This document shows, in pieces, positions 48,320 to 62,000 of a stretch of DNA of 64,000 nt. A program made the translations under genes and the position numbers. This DNA comes from Mytilus californianus (lineage: Eukaryota). The stretch's first letter is position 1, and every line of letters starts with the position of its first letter. Where the stretch lies: contig NW_026262734.1 in the NCBI RefSeq assembly GCF_021869535.1, forward strand, positions 1,798,001-1,862,000, given 5' to 3'. The notes under the pieces were generated by a model. That model searched no databases. It had not been told where the DNA came from and saw only the letters and a program-made list of their open reading frames with translations.

Positions 48320-48514
48320 CAGGGGCGGATTCAGGCGGGGGCGTGGCGGGCGTGCCCCCCAAAAAAAAAAATTTGCAAAGCATGGGTTGTCCTCAGCTAA
48401 ATAAAGAATATTTCGATAATTTTACCTCAAAAATTTTTTTCGCCTCGCTCCGCTCGCAAAAATTTAAGTTTGCGCCCCCCCCCCCCCTAACCTAAAATCC
48501 TGGATTCGCCCCTG
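48320..48514. mobile_element. GC-rich MITE inserted in the high-copy repeat
   Basis: caggggcggattcagg / cctggattcgcccctg, with ATACG duplicated at 48315-48319 and 48515-48519. A related element lies at ~42625-42750. Confidence 0.8.
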
Positions 48515-49720
48515 ATACGGTATGGGTTTTGCTTATTGTTGAAGTTCGTTCGGTTACCTTTAGTTTAATCCACTACATTAAGACTCTGGTGGATAGCTAT
48601 TTCAATAGTCATCATACCATCATCTCCTTATATTTATATCATGCAATACATATTCTCCTATGTATTGAAAATATATTTTGCTACGAAAAAGATCTTGTAA
48701 AGCTTTGATAACCCAGTATCAGTTTTTTATTTGACCATCAAATATATTTAAATGAATAAAGTAGTCATTAGAAGTAGTGTATTTAACAAGAAATCCTATT
48801 GCCCTCAGCAGTGTATGTAATAAACATATCAATACATCAATATGGTACACTTGATTCTTCCCTAACCTTACATTTCCTTCCGACAAACTTTTAACGTAAA
48901 CATCATGTGTTATTCTTCGAAACAAAAATACGACCTGTATCGTTGATCTGCGAAATTTACACAAAATAAACATGCATAGTTTAATTTATATGATGTCAGA
49001 TCCAAGACATTGTTGATTGGTGTATGCGAACCGATGGAATGGTTGAATACTGTATGCTAATATTGAATGAATGTGTGTGTCGTTTGTCTTCCTGTGGACA
49101 GCCTTTCGTAGTACTAGCACCTCAACTAAGATCCTGCAACTACTGTAGGCTAGCAATAAGCAGTCAAGATACATTCTTTGGTTATTCTATTTTTTAATTG
49201 TATCTTTCTGTCTTTATTTTGTGCACACATAACAAATTTTACGCAATTCTTTAGGTATAATTGGTTATTACATCTAATTTGGCTTCTAAATTCGAAAGTG
49301 CATTAGGCACACCAAATTTCAATAAGTGTTTGCCTTCTTGCTGTAGCTGCAGCAATCTCATCAACTTTTAGCAACTAAAGCTAGTCACTTTTGGCATAAC
49401 ATAATTCTACATTCTTCCCTTGGCGTCTGGTGTACTGCAACAACTTCGCAGTCATTCTTTGTTACCAGTTTACTTTTTCTCCTGTTCCAGCTTTTGGTGG
49501 CACCCCAGTTTGTTTTCAATACTGTTGTCTTTGGATTTATGTTCGGTAAATCAATCATATACTTTTCTTTGTTAGCTCGTCAAAAAATATTTATTTCATC
49601 TTTTGTTTTAGAAATTCAATATTTTTTTTCTTTCTCCAATTTAAGCATTTTATTCATTATATTCTATTTCATCAACATATTTTTACATTTCTTTTTTTCT
49701 TAAATTAAATGGAATACATT

Positions 49721-50110
49721 AAGATTCAAGATTCAAGATTCAAGATTCAAAGTTTTATTTAGAGTCGATATTCCATAAACTACATAAACACAAGCTCTAG
49801 TGAGCTTTTCAAATCGACTTAATAACAAAATACAATACACACATACAAAAAGGTAAAAGTAAATTATATTAAATGACCAAAACGGCTTAATATAAGCCAG
49901 GACCGAATACGAGACCCCCATAGGTAATCAAGGCAAACCGTGAGAAAATCTCATGGGTAATCAAGGCCGATAAGCGTCCCCGTAATAGTAGAATGGTTAA
50001 CTTATGTATGTGAACCGATTGACTGGTAAGTAATATTCTCAACCATGTTAGCATGGTTAACGAACTGGTAAAACGGCGCATTTGTGGTTTACAAGCAAAC
50101 GAGGCCTGGT
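49721..50110 (-). mobile_element. Probable LINE 3'-end fragment
   Basis: On the - strand, AATAAAACT is followed by a (GAATCTT)x4 tail, typical of LINE 3' termini. No intact ORF. Confidence 0.45.
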
Positions 50111-50173
50111 TTTAGATTTATTTATTAGAACTAAAGCTATATAGTACTTTGAACACGATTTCAGTACATACGA

Positions 50174-50435
50174 TTGATTGATTGGTGTTCAACGCCACTT
50201 GCAGCACTATTGTGGTAATTCTGGGCGGTCAGTTTTTATTGGTGGAGGAAGCCGAAGTGCCCGGAGAGAACCACCGACACCGACCTTCGGTAGGAAAACT
50301 GACAATCCTAGTCAATTAAGATTGGAGAGTCAAGCGCACCTGCCTAGTGCGGGATTCGAACCCACAACCTCAGTATTGACAGGCTAGTGATACAGTAGTT
50401 CGACTACTTAGACCAATCGGCCACCGAGTCCCCCC
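50174..50435 (-). mobile_element. tRNA-derived SINE, full length
   Basis: Reverse complement of 61536-61799, with A/B boxes and a (CAAT)n-like tail. Confidence 0.85.
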
Positions 50436-51326
50436 CCCCAGTAGTAAATACGACTACACTTTGGTATAATGCTGCTGAGTACTGCATTTTCATGTACTTA
50501 TATTTCTTACTTAAACGATATATTTGTGAATTTACAGGTTTTATATGTATTTTCATACGCAAACTATTTTCTTATTCTTCGACTTATCAGGATTGATTAT
50601 TGAAAGACTTGCCACATGTTCTGCCAACATCACGTGATATTGTCCGTGCCTCCAGTGTTTATAGTATTAACTGACAACTTATTTACACGAAGGCTATTTA
50701 GTACACGCAATTGAATTGGATTGCAATGTATTACAATAGTCTTGGCAGAGAATTTCGAGTTATCGTTTTTGTGAAATTGTGTTATGAGTTGTTGTTTTTA
50801 AGTTTACCCTCGCATTCCTGATCCTGTAGGCATCTATGTCATAAACTATTTAGTTCTTGATTTCTTGATATGAATTATTCATATATAAAAAATTCCTAAA
50901 CGTAAAACCGCCAATAACTATTTACCAAACTGGTATTCGATATCTTTTCATTAGACGCTTTGCATAAATTTACCATTTACGTGATGAGTATGAATCTCCT
51001 CATTGAGGTCCAAAAATTTTTAAGACAAATAATTTTTATTTTATTTTATTTATCTTTTTTGTAATTCTTTTAGGTTTTGACCCCCCAAAATAAAACCCAA
51101 CCCTAACAGTCAAACTTAACAAAGAACATCCTCCCCTCCCCAAAAAAACAGCATATACATATATGTTTGCTGCTGGAAAGTCGCAGAATGCAAGAAATGG
51201 CATCGGACGGTTTTTCCATCAGGCAAATTTGGCCTGCAATTTCATTTTAGCTGCCAATGTATTTTTGTACCTTTGCTTTTTAGCAATAAGCGATTCCAAT
51301 GAAATTAAATCCAGAAAAGTGCTTAA

Positions 51327-51719
51327 GGATGTACTAAGGTGAGGTTTTGGAATTTTTGTCAGATGTTCGGACTCCTTGTTTTTTTTCCTATGATACAGGC
51401 CGGTAACATATTTTGCCCCATAACACCCATTTTTCTTTTCATATAAGACTTCAATAGCTCATAAAAGGTCATTTACCAAAATTTAAGTAGATTCTAGATT
51501 TATTTTCTTTCGATTTGAGACCCAAAGAATACCAATGCAAATATACGGTAAAAGTCCGAGTCAGCCTTTTCCCGCCATTTAAAAAAAAATAAATATCTCG
51601 AAAAGGAGCTCCATGACCTATCAATATTTTTAGCTTATTTTGTTCCTTAACTAATGCTCTTCTGACTAATACTATCAGTTTTAAATTCTAGATTTTTTTA
51701 ATTTCACCTAAGTACATCC
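51327..51719. mobile_element. Kolobok-type MITE
   Basis: ttaa|ggatgtactaaggtga ... tcacctaagtacatcc|ttaa. Confidence 0.85.
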
Positions 51720-52025
51720 TTAAAACGCAGAAAAAAAATTCACCGTGTTTAATTAACATGTTTAATTTTCATCCATGCATATATAGAAATGATGAACCAT
51801 GTACATATCTATATATCTATATATCTGTGTATAAATATAATTGTTAAATAAGACATTATGAAGGAACAAGTTCGATGTGTCATATTCCACTTTCGTGACT
51901 ACAAAGTTTGCTGCTAGCATTTACCATCTTCCTCGTAGAATCGAGGTACCAGAGGAATACACGTAATCATAAATCAACCAACCATATTGTAGGCCTGGGT
52001 GATGGATGGTGATAGGTACTCAGGG

Positions 52026-52088
52026 TATATAAGACGAGCACCTGCCGCCGACAGAAGCGCAAACAGTTGATTTCGGTACAGCTAACAG
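52026..52088 (+). promoter_or_regulatory. TATA box and short non-coding first exon of the Met-rich secreted protein gene
   Basis: TATATAAG at 52026-52033, and a donor CAG|GTGAAT at 52088/52089, upstream of the signal-peptide exon. Confidence 0.55.
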
Positions 52089-52572
52089 GTGAATATTAAA
52101 GATTTTGTTTCTTTATAAAATAAGGAGATGAAGTATAATTGCCAATGAGACAACTATTCAACAGAGTCCAATTGAAGCGGATTTAAGCAACTATAGGTCA
52201 CTTTGTTTAGTTTATACTGTTCGGGATGTTAAATTCTCTAGATAAAGGTAAAACTTTTGAAATATATTTACTATGTATAGCAACTAAAATTAATATAGAT
52301 TTTATAAATTATATACTGAATATTTCTTTAGTATAACTCACCCAGCATTGTAGCATAACCCAATTTAATTAATAATTGATAAATGTGTAAAAAGAAAATA
52401 TATCAGGACCAATTTCGTCCTTTTTTGTTTCAAAAAGAAATATTGATTTATATACCAGTAGTTCGGATAGTGTGTTCCAAACAAGCGTATAGATATACTT
52501 ACGAAAGAATATGAATAAATGAAGATGTGGAATTTACGTCAGTAAACAGCAACCCGGCGAAAAAATAATGTA

Positions 52573-52749
52573 CAGTGATAACTGTCTAAACCGAACCTCT
52601 TTGGGACTTAAGATTTTGTTCGGTTTTGGCAGATGTTCGGTTTAATCAGGTTCACAACGCATAAAAACTTGATTTGACTGGACTTCAGACATGTTTGCTT
52701 TAGACAGGTTCTTGGATTATGCAATATTCGTTTTAGACAGGTTTCACTG
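52573..52749. mobile_element. Tc1/mariner-type MITE
   Basis: ta|cagtgataactgtctaaa ... ttagacaggtttcactg|ta. Confidence 0.75.
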
Positions 52750-53079
52750 TAATAACTTTTAGAGGTCAGTAAACGATCTTCTATACAATATTTCAAGCAC
52801 CGGACCGCCCCGAGTCTTGACAATCTGGTTTCCTGACAATGAAAAGTGTACCTAAATAGAAATTTGACAATTAATTGTCATTTTATTTCTATCGGTTGAT
52901 AAATAAAGTATTTTGATGATTTTGCGAATGATTTTGAATTATATTTTATTGCCATATCTGAGTCGGATACAGATGATATCTCTCATTTTGACTTTGCATG
53001 GCAACACACCCCGGTTTTGAGGTTAAGATATTTCATTATACCGCTTGTATACACGTTTATTATTTGTCTGTTACAGAAT

Positions 53080-56000
53080 ATGATGAAAATTGTTATCCTC
53101 GGTCTTTTGGCCGCATTGGCATATGCAGGTAAGCAAAAATAAAGTATATGGTATATTAATCCATGATAAAAAAAAAATCACTACACGCACTTAAGGTAGT
53201 TCAGGGGTATAGAAAAAAAAATGACAGAATTTTCTTATACTTTGCCAAAATGAAGATTTTACTATGCTTTTTTAAAAAAAATGATAAAAAGTATGGGTCA
53301 CCGCGCTATTTTTCAAGGTACGAGTCGTTCAAAATTGCCGAAATTTGCTTAGATTGTTCATGAAAAAACACATTTTTGTGCATAAAAAGAAATCTATGAG
53401 ACAGAATTTTGAAATAAAATATGAGAAGATAGGTTTTATAATCTTAAATAAAAAGAAAAAATGGTGTCTAAAAGCACAAACATTTGGTATTTGTTAAAAC
53501 ATTTTCGATAATGCAATGAATAACTAAGTTTTCTTTATATAAATAAACAGTGTAACCAATAAATTGCAAATCTGTCTCCAAATTTGCAGATTTGAGCAAA
53601 GAACTAGACCGATTATTTACTGTGATTGTACAATTCAAGATGGCGGTATACCCCTGAACTACCTTAACATAACAAAAAGCGTACATTGCATATTTTTCAC
53701 TGTAGACGGTAATAGTGTTTCACTTATGTCTTCACTATTTGAATGTATGTAGGTGTACAATGTGTACAAAACAAGAAGACGGGTATGTAAGTAACTATAG
53801 GTCACCGGACGGCCTAAAAGAATGAGCAAACTCATACTGCATAGTCTGTTATGGACGGCATTCTGATGTATGCACGCATTAATAAGACCAATAAAACCAA
53901 TAATGTCATACACAGGTCCGTCATATGGGAACCCGGCTCAGTACAAGAACTACCGTTATATAATGTGTATAGACGATAAGGGCTCACCCAAATTATACGA
54001 TAGGTAATTTTTTTTTAATATAATTTTATTCATATAAATAACTTGTAAAGAAAATCCAATATTGTGTGTTGATAATTTGATTGCATTACGTTTTATAAAG
54101 TATAAATAATTAAATTGATTATGTTGTAGCTCCCCCTATGCGCGGTATGGGTATGGGTATGGGGATGCCACCTATGATGATGCCACCCATGATGATGGGT
54201 GGTATGCTACCACGTAAGTTGTCTTTCCTTAATTGTTAAAGTTTAATTTAAGTGTAAACTATCATATTTACTTAAATTAAGACCGGCCAAGAAATAGGCA
54301 TAACTTCTTTTGTAAGCCTGTTTCCTAAGCAGAATTAGTCTTATTTCTCTTGTTTCTGTCAATACCTTATTAGAAAAATAGCTGAGCAATTGCATGCACG
54401 ATAGATATTTAAACTGTAGGTTTAGAATCTCACACGAATGTTACACTTGAATACAATCGGACTTATAACATTTCACAGTTATGTGATGTTGCTAGATAAA
54501 ATAATTGAACTAGAAAGGTTTTGATCAGTGTTTAAAATACCACACCAAACTGTATGACATGTTTCATACGCTTGTGCTTTAAGTTTTTCTTCCTGTCTAG
54601 CTGGTAGCTAGAAAATTTGACGAGACGCAAAACAAATGAAAAGAATTATACACACATCTGATATCGATACATTGGTTATCTATTTACAGCTGAAGCTCTG
54701 GACATGCTTAAGGACCTTAAACCAAATGATATCAAAGAAGCCATCAAAAACATGCCACCACAAATGAAGAGCATGATGCAGGGGATGGGTACGTTATAAC
54801 TTCCTCTTTTTTATTCTCATTTAATGCATTTTAACACTCCCCTTTCTTTTTCCCATAAATAGATAGCGAACACGTTGCAATTGGACTCATTTTGCTAGGT
54901 CTGTTTGATTTCGTATTAAAGGTTAAAAAATATATTAATCATCGTTTTTACCTGTATAAGAATGAGTTTTTGTGGATCGAATCAGTCAACCAAATAGTTT
55001 ACCCTTGTTTCACTTTCAATGTTGACATTTCTTTCCTTTTAATAGCTGAACACGCCTTGTTTATGATGATGATGATGGATTGCTGCATAACGTCCAGCGG
55101 CAAATTAATATGCATATTCAGGACGAGAAGATGTTAATGTAAAATGAATATTAACCCTGCTTTGTACTAGGCCGTAGCACATGTTTAGCTAAGGGGTTAA
55201 ATTGAAGGTCACATGAATACGTATTCAATAAGGTCGAATTATTCACTTGCAAGTGAATAATTCATCAGCGATGTTTCTTAGCTTATTTTGACAAATTGAA
55301 CCAAACTGGCTGCTAAAAGCGAATTGTTATTTCACTATTTCACTATCATTAATGATTAAAGTAAAAAGATCATATCTTATTATTTTTTTTATATCTCGTA
55401 GCTAATGCCCGTTCAAATTGTAAAAAGGTTCAAAAGTACAAAAAATAAATTTATTTCATTTAATAAAAATCTTGTAGAAATATAAATTGTTGGGTCGAAT
55501 GCACCAACTTTTTAAGCAAGGATGATCCATCTTGACAATGACAAGAAGTCTGGAATGTACTATAAATAAATACAGACATAGTGATTCAATGTACTAGTAT
55601 TTGAGTTTTTTTTTTATTTCAGGAATCTCTGAAGATCAAATAAATGAAGCCGTCAAGAGCCTTCCAGAAGATTTAACTCCTCTTGTAGAACAAATGAAAG
55701 AAAAACTAGGTAATAACTTCTAAAGAAAAGTGTAGAGAAGCGTCGTTCGTATCACACGTAATATCAAAACCATATTACAAAATAAATATAACTAACAGGT
55801 AAACCAAGAAACAACACAAAGAAAAACAAAACAAAACAAACATACAAACACAATAGCAAGTAAGTAAATGAATCAACAAATAAAAAACAAAAAAACAAAC
55901 ACAAACATAAACATCAAAACAAAACAAAACAAAAAACAAACCAACAAAGAGTGAAAACGTTTTAGGTTTGAAATTGAGAACAATTGCATTACACATGTAT

Positions 56001-59000
56001 CATGTGAAATTTTAAACAGAACTTTAAAAAGTTGGCATACTACATTCTGTCTTGAAAATGAAAGTGCATGTTTTTTTTTCATATTTTGTGATATCTTTTA
56101 AATATGTAACAGATTTTTAAAAATTTAAAACTTTCACAATGACGTTTATTTTATTTCAGAAAATCATCCAGAGGAAGTGGAAAAGGTCATGGCAAAAGTT
56201 GAACGTACGTATCTCATCAAGAGGAAGTGGTATAAGTGATAAGTCACTAGCCGCCTGACTTGTTCCAATCATAATAAAACTGTTATATTTGTAATGTTCA
56301 TGTTATTATTTCCACAATACAATATTATTTTGTCGACACTTAAGTCCAAACTCAGTTTGTTGAATAGAAAAATTCGCTCTTCAGACCACACAAATATGTG
56401 TCCACACTTGTGGAATAAGAAAAAAAATAAAGAAATATAAATGATGAACTTGTATGAATAAAATGAGACGTGGGTACGTGACACAGCAACGATACATAGT
56501 CGGTTAGAGAGGTCACCAGAGCTCATTTTTTTTATTGTTATTGTGCACAAATATGTCGACTTTAAATAAAATCTACTAACTTACGTATTGCAACGTAATA
56601 AAACAAATGAAGTTTAGTCTAACAATACATCTCTTATCAACTGGTCTCTGCATGGTAACATGTGACAAGTAAGATCTCTATTAACCAACGACAGGTGAGA
56701 TGAGATCTCTTACGTCACATGCTATGTTGACAGGTTGTATTAGGAATAATATGCTTTTTCATACTATCTTTTATCACCTATCTCGAGACCAAAATAAAGG
56801 CTTGCAATTATGAAACTGATGCGTTCTACGTTAGATTTCCACTGAACTTTAAGAAAAAAAATACACTCGTTTTCTGTATAGGCATAATTAATAAACAATC
56901 TCATGAAAACATATATTGCAGTTCCAGAAGAAATGCAAGCAAATATGAAAGAGTCAGCACTCGGTATTCTAAAGGGAAGAATGCAAGAAATGGGCATGGA
57001 CATAAAAGGTTAATATACATTATAAATACTTCGTTAACAAATATTTTAAGTACTTGGTTAATATACATTATAAATACTTCGTTAACATATATTATAAGTA
57101 CTTGGTTAATATACATTATAAATACTTGTGTGGTTAAAATACTTGACGAGAAAATATTATGTACAAGGTATTGCATTATAAAGGTCTGACGAATTAGCTG
57201 GTGATTTAATGCATTCCAGGGGCGTTCAGTTCTTGCATATAAACATTACCAAAAATCTAGAATCCGAGGCTGCATTCATCTGACATCACTTCCGGTTTTG
57301 TCAGTCGTACCTGTCCATCTTCATGAATGTTAATATATTTTATAATTTGAGAGATTCTATCGATCATAGTCTTAGTTATACGTATTCATGTTTTTTTTTC
57401 TTTCTTTTTTTTAACCCTATTCTTGTCAATTATTCCGGTGTTTGCTTCCTTTGATTAATCTTATAAGTAAAACTATTGGAAATCTTTATCTTTACAACGT
57501 TGGCAACACTCATATATGATCATATATATTAACCCCCTCTTGGAAAGATGACCTTAGATGGATTTGAATATTATTGTTAGGTCCCCTTTGGTCATATAGT
57601 TCTTTATGTGTTTCGGTACTTATACATCATTGGCTTTCAATATTTGGCTTTGATCGTTCCTGGTGAAGCTAAATCCAGAAAAGCTTCGGACGAATAGAAT
57701 TTATAAAGTGTATTTTTTATTTATGATGTAGGAACTATAATTCACTATGTCATAAAGCACAAAAATAGCTAAGAATGGTACACCTCAGTACAATATAATG
57801 AATTTGTACATATAATGTCATTTGTATTAAATAGAGGATGAAGACATGTCATCAGTAATGGAGAAAGCCAAGTCTGCCATCGCAAACCAACTGAAAGAGG
57901 ATGGATTTGATTTAAGTAAGTAATAGAGAAAAGTCTGCAATCCCAAAACAATTGAAGGATGACCAGATTGATTTGGGTAAGTACTGTAGAAAGTCAAGAC
58001 CGCCACCACAAAACAATTGAAGGATGACCAGATTGATTTAGGTAAGTACTGTAGAAAGTCAAGACCGCCACTACAAAACAATTGAAGGATGACCAGATTG
58101 ATTTAGGTAAGTACTGTAGAAAGTCAAGACCGCCACTACAAAACAATTGAAGGATGACCAGATTGATTTAGGAAAGTACTGTAGAAAGTCAAGACCGCCA
58201 CCACAAAACAATTGAAGGATGACCAGATAGATTTAGGAAAGAAATTGATAAAGCCAAGACCGCCATCTCTTTATAACTGAAGGGTGACAGGATTGATCTA
58301 GGAAAAAATTGAGAAAGCTAAGACCCCCATTACAAAACAACTGAATGGTGAAGGGATTGATTTAGGAAAGAAATGGAAAAAGCCAGGACCGCCATCACAA
58401 AACAACTGAAGGATGACGGGATTGATTCATGAAAGAAATAGAGAAAGCCAAGACCGCCATCACAAGATTGGTTTATGTAAGAAATAGAGAAAGCCAAGAC
58501 TGCCACCACAAAAAAACTGACTGAAATCACAGGCCACCCGACGGAAAATGATTTGATCTATGTAAATAATGAAGAAAGCTAGGACTTAAATTACAAGCCA
58601 CCCGATGGCAGAACGTCGTCTCTGTTGGATATTGTGGGATTTGAGAGTCATGTTAAGGTTAAGACGACATATGGGGGTCATGTAGAAAATATTGAACAAT
58701 GTTGAGCAAATGTTTAATATTCAATTCTTTGCTTCAGGAAAATCTTTTCAGTTATTTATCTCCTTATTGAGAATAAAAAATCAAGTTTGAGACAATTTAA
58801 ATCTATTTTAGATCTATATGAATTCGTATAGGTGCGCAGTCTCACAGTCTGTGCACGTGTTTCCTCAACCAAGTCTGAAACGACAAACATAAATTTTGTC
58901 CCGTTTCTTATTTTGTTCATTGATCATTTTGTTATTTTTTTTCTTTTCAGACGACCCAGAAGGTATGCAAGCCAAGATGATGGCTGAGATGAGAAAAATC

Positions 59001-62000
59001 ACCAACGCATCACGTTAGTTTCCTATTTTTTTAAATTAACCTCGTCCTGAATAAGCATGAAATATTTGCTAGTGGATGTTTAAAAAAACAACATAAATTA
59101 TGTTTTGCCACTCAAAAAAAAAAAAAAAAAAGGATTATTTCATTGACTGTTATTTCGTAATCATTTTGTCAAATTAAATTTTTATTCCAATTTCTAGGTT
59201 TTTGCCTATTCAAGTACTAAGGTACTGTCATGAAAATAATACTCTACAATTGCATTGTTTTCTGTGTAAACACGGGTGGGTATTAGACGGTAATTAACCT
59301 AACTCTTTTCTTTATATCGATAGCTGATGAGAGTGACGAAGAAGTTAAGATCAAAGTCGCTAAGGATCTGCTCGAGCAAATGAAAGAAAATGGCCATGAT
59401 GTCGACCCAGGTATAGTTATTGTTTTCTTGTGTAATTATTGTTTACTAATTGATGTTTACTTAATGTTGTTGGAATGCTGTCTATTTGACGTTTAGGACA
59501 TGTCACCTTGTATATTTGTGTTTTACTTAATAAGATATAGACAGCAGACATTTTGAGATTAAAATAATTTAGAGGAAACTTGAAAGTCCGTCTAGATGTA
59601 AAATATTAAAAATTTCACAATCCATCTTGTAATAGTATCGTAGATAAAGACCTTTTATAATCCATTCAGAAAAACCACAAGAGGCAATGGAGAAATTGAA
59701 AACAGAATTGAAAAGCCAACTGAAATCCATGGACATTGAAATTGACGAGGGTGAGTTATATATCTATAAAAAAAAACAATATTGGTTGCAATATAAGACA
59801 ATAAATAACAAAGACATGGAGACCTGAGGATTATTATAATTTGATACTTGAGATGCTCGTTTTGTCAATACAAGACTCAACAGTGGCGCTTAAATCAAAA
59901 CAAGTAAAAGGCCAAATTAAATACGCTGTTGCATAGAATAAAAAAACGAACATTTCCAAAAGTTGTGCAAACGACGCAGGCAATCAATCAATGCATATGT
60001 TATTGATAATACCAAATGTAATAAGCAGTAAAAATTACAGAAACTGAAGAGACCGTACTGTGACCTATAGCTGTTAACTTCTATGTCATTTGGTCTCTAG
60101 TGGAGAGTTGTCTCATTGGCAATTATACCACATCTTATTTTGATATATCCATTATATAAATACCTAGTTGGAGATATTAGTTCAATCTAAAAAAACATAT
60201 GTAACAAACGAACTTCACTTAAATAACTCCACAAAAGATATAAAAAATCCTTGTATAAACTGGAAATCAAATCAAATAAAAGGATGGTGGGAAGGGAACG
60301 AAACATCGGCACTTGTCGACAATACACGAACGAGAACGAGACTGAGTGTATGGATGTTAACGAACAGCAAACATAGCAAAACTTAAGCTACACTGGAACA
60401 GTTTCTGCCACAGATTAATTTTGGTGTCTTCTTCGCGGTAATATAGTCAAGGAAATAGCGATTTATTAAACCCGAATAATTCAGTCGGTATATCCACCGG
60501 TCTACGATGGTTACATTTTGCACGAAGCAGAGATCGATTACTTATTTAGCAGGATAACAAAAATGCCTACAATGTCGGAAATACTTTTTTTTCAACTCGG
60601 TACAAAAAATAAACATATTAAACCTCGTAAATCCTACATTTTACGTATACTGTATATACAACGCACCAATTTAAAGTTTTAAGTTATAAATTCCTTCATT
60701 GATATAAATAAATTTTAGAATAGAGAACATTAAGATATTGTTAAAAAAAAACTATCCTGCAAGTTAAGCTAATTACTTGTTCATTCCGTCTGTTTATATG
60801 TTACATTTGACTTTCAGAAGAAGTTAAGCTAGTTACTTATTCATTCCGTCTGTTAATATGTTACATTTGACTTTCAGAAGAAGTTAAGCTAGTTACTTAT
60901 TTATTCTGTCTGTTAATATGTTACATTTGACTTTCAGAAGACCTTAACGCCAATGATTTCAAAGCAGTTTTACAGAAAATTATCGCCACTGGCAAACTGG
61001 GTAAGCTGCAAATTATGGAATAAGCTGTAAATTATGGAATAAGCTGTTTCATGTAGATATCTCTCATTCAATAAATAACAAAAATTAACGGAAACAGATT
61101 TTTTTCTCTCAAATTTTCAATAAATAGATTGATAAATTTGTAAAACCTATTTACCACACATTATATCAATTATATTTCAATGCTTAGATTGTTTGGCAGA
61201 AGCTTAAGCTTTATCTTTCAGTAACTGCGAGTACTCTTAGATCAATGCTAATATGTCTTGTGTTTTATGTTAGTTGATTTTTGTAATTCATACCAATCTA
61301 TCGAGTTTAGCTATTTTAAACTGATTTTTATAGTTTGTTCTTATAAAGTTGTACTTTTACATCAATGTCCCAGGTTAGGGAGGGTTGGGGGCCCGCATAT
61401 ACATTTAACTTCGCCACATTTTGAATTTGCCTCCCCGAGTCTGCAATTCTGTGGTTGTCGTTGGTTCATATCTGTCATATTTGTTTTTCATTCATTGTTT
61501 TGTTATAAATCAGACTGTTGCCTTCCTCGTTTGAAGGGGCCTCAGTGGCCGAGTGGTCTAAGTAGTTACTACTGTAATCACTAGCCAGTCAACACTGAGG
61601 TTGTGAGTTCGAACCCCGCTCGTGCGGGTGCACTCGACTTCAATCTTTATTGACTAGGATTGTCAGTTTTCCTACCGAAAGTCGGTGGTTTTCTCCGGGC
61701 ACTCCGGCTTCCCCCACCAATAAAATCTGGCCGCCACGAAATAGCCCAAAAGCGGTGCTTAAAAGTGGCGTTAAAACACAAAAAATCAAAATCAAATCCT
61801 CGTTTGAATTGTTTCAAAATTTGTCATGGCAGGGCTTTTATAGTAGGCTGTACGATATGGTATTTGCTAATTGTTGAAGGACGTACTGTGACATGTAGTC
61901 ACTAGCATCCACGTCATTTAGATTATGAGGGATAGTTCTCTCATGAGAAATCATACAACCTCTTCTTATTTCTATATATAGACTTCAGTTGTTTTCTTTT

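Noticed and set aside
48980-49700. Degenerate minus-strand frame resembling a retroelement C-terminus
   Set aside because: Many stops and no diagnostic motif I can support without a search.
61536-61620. tRNA gene
   Set aside because: A and B boxes are present, but the sequence runs into a SINE body found in three copies, and no convincing cloverleaf is evident.
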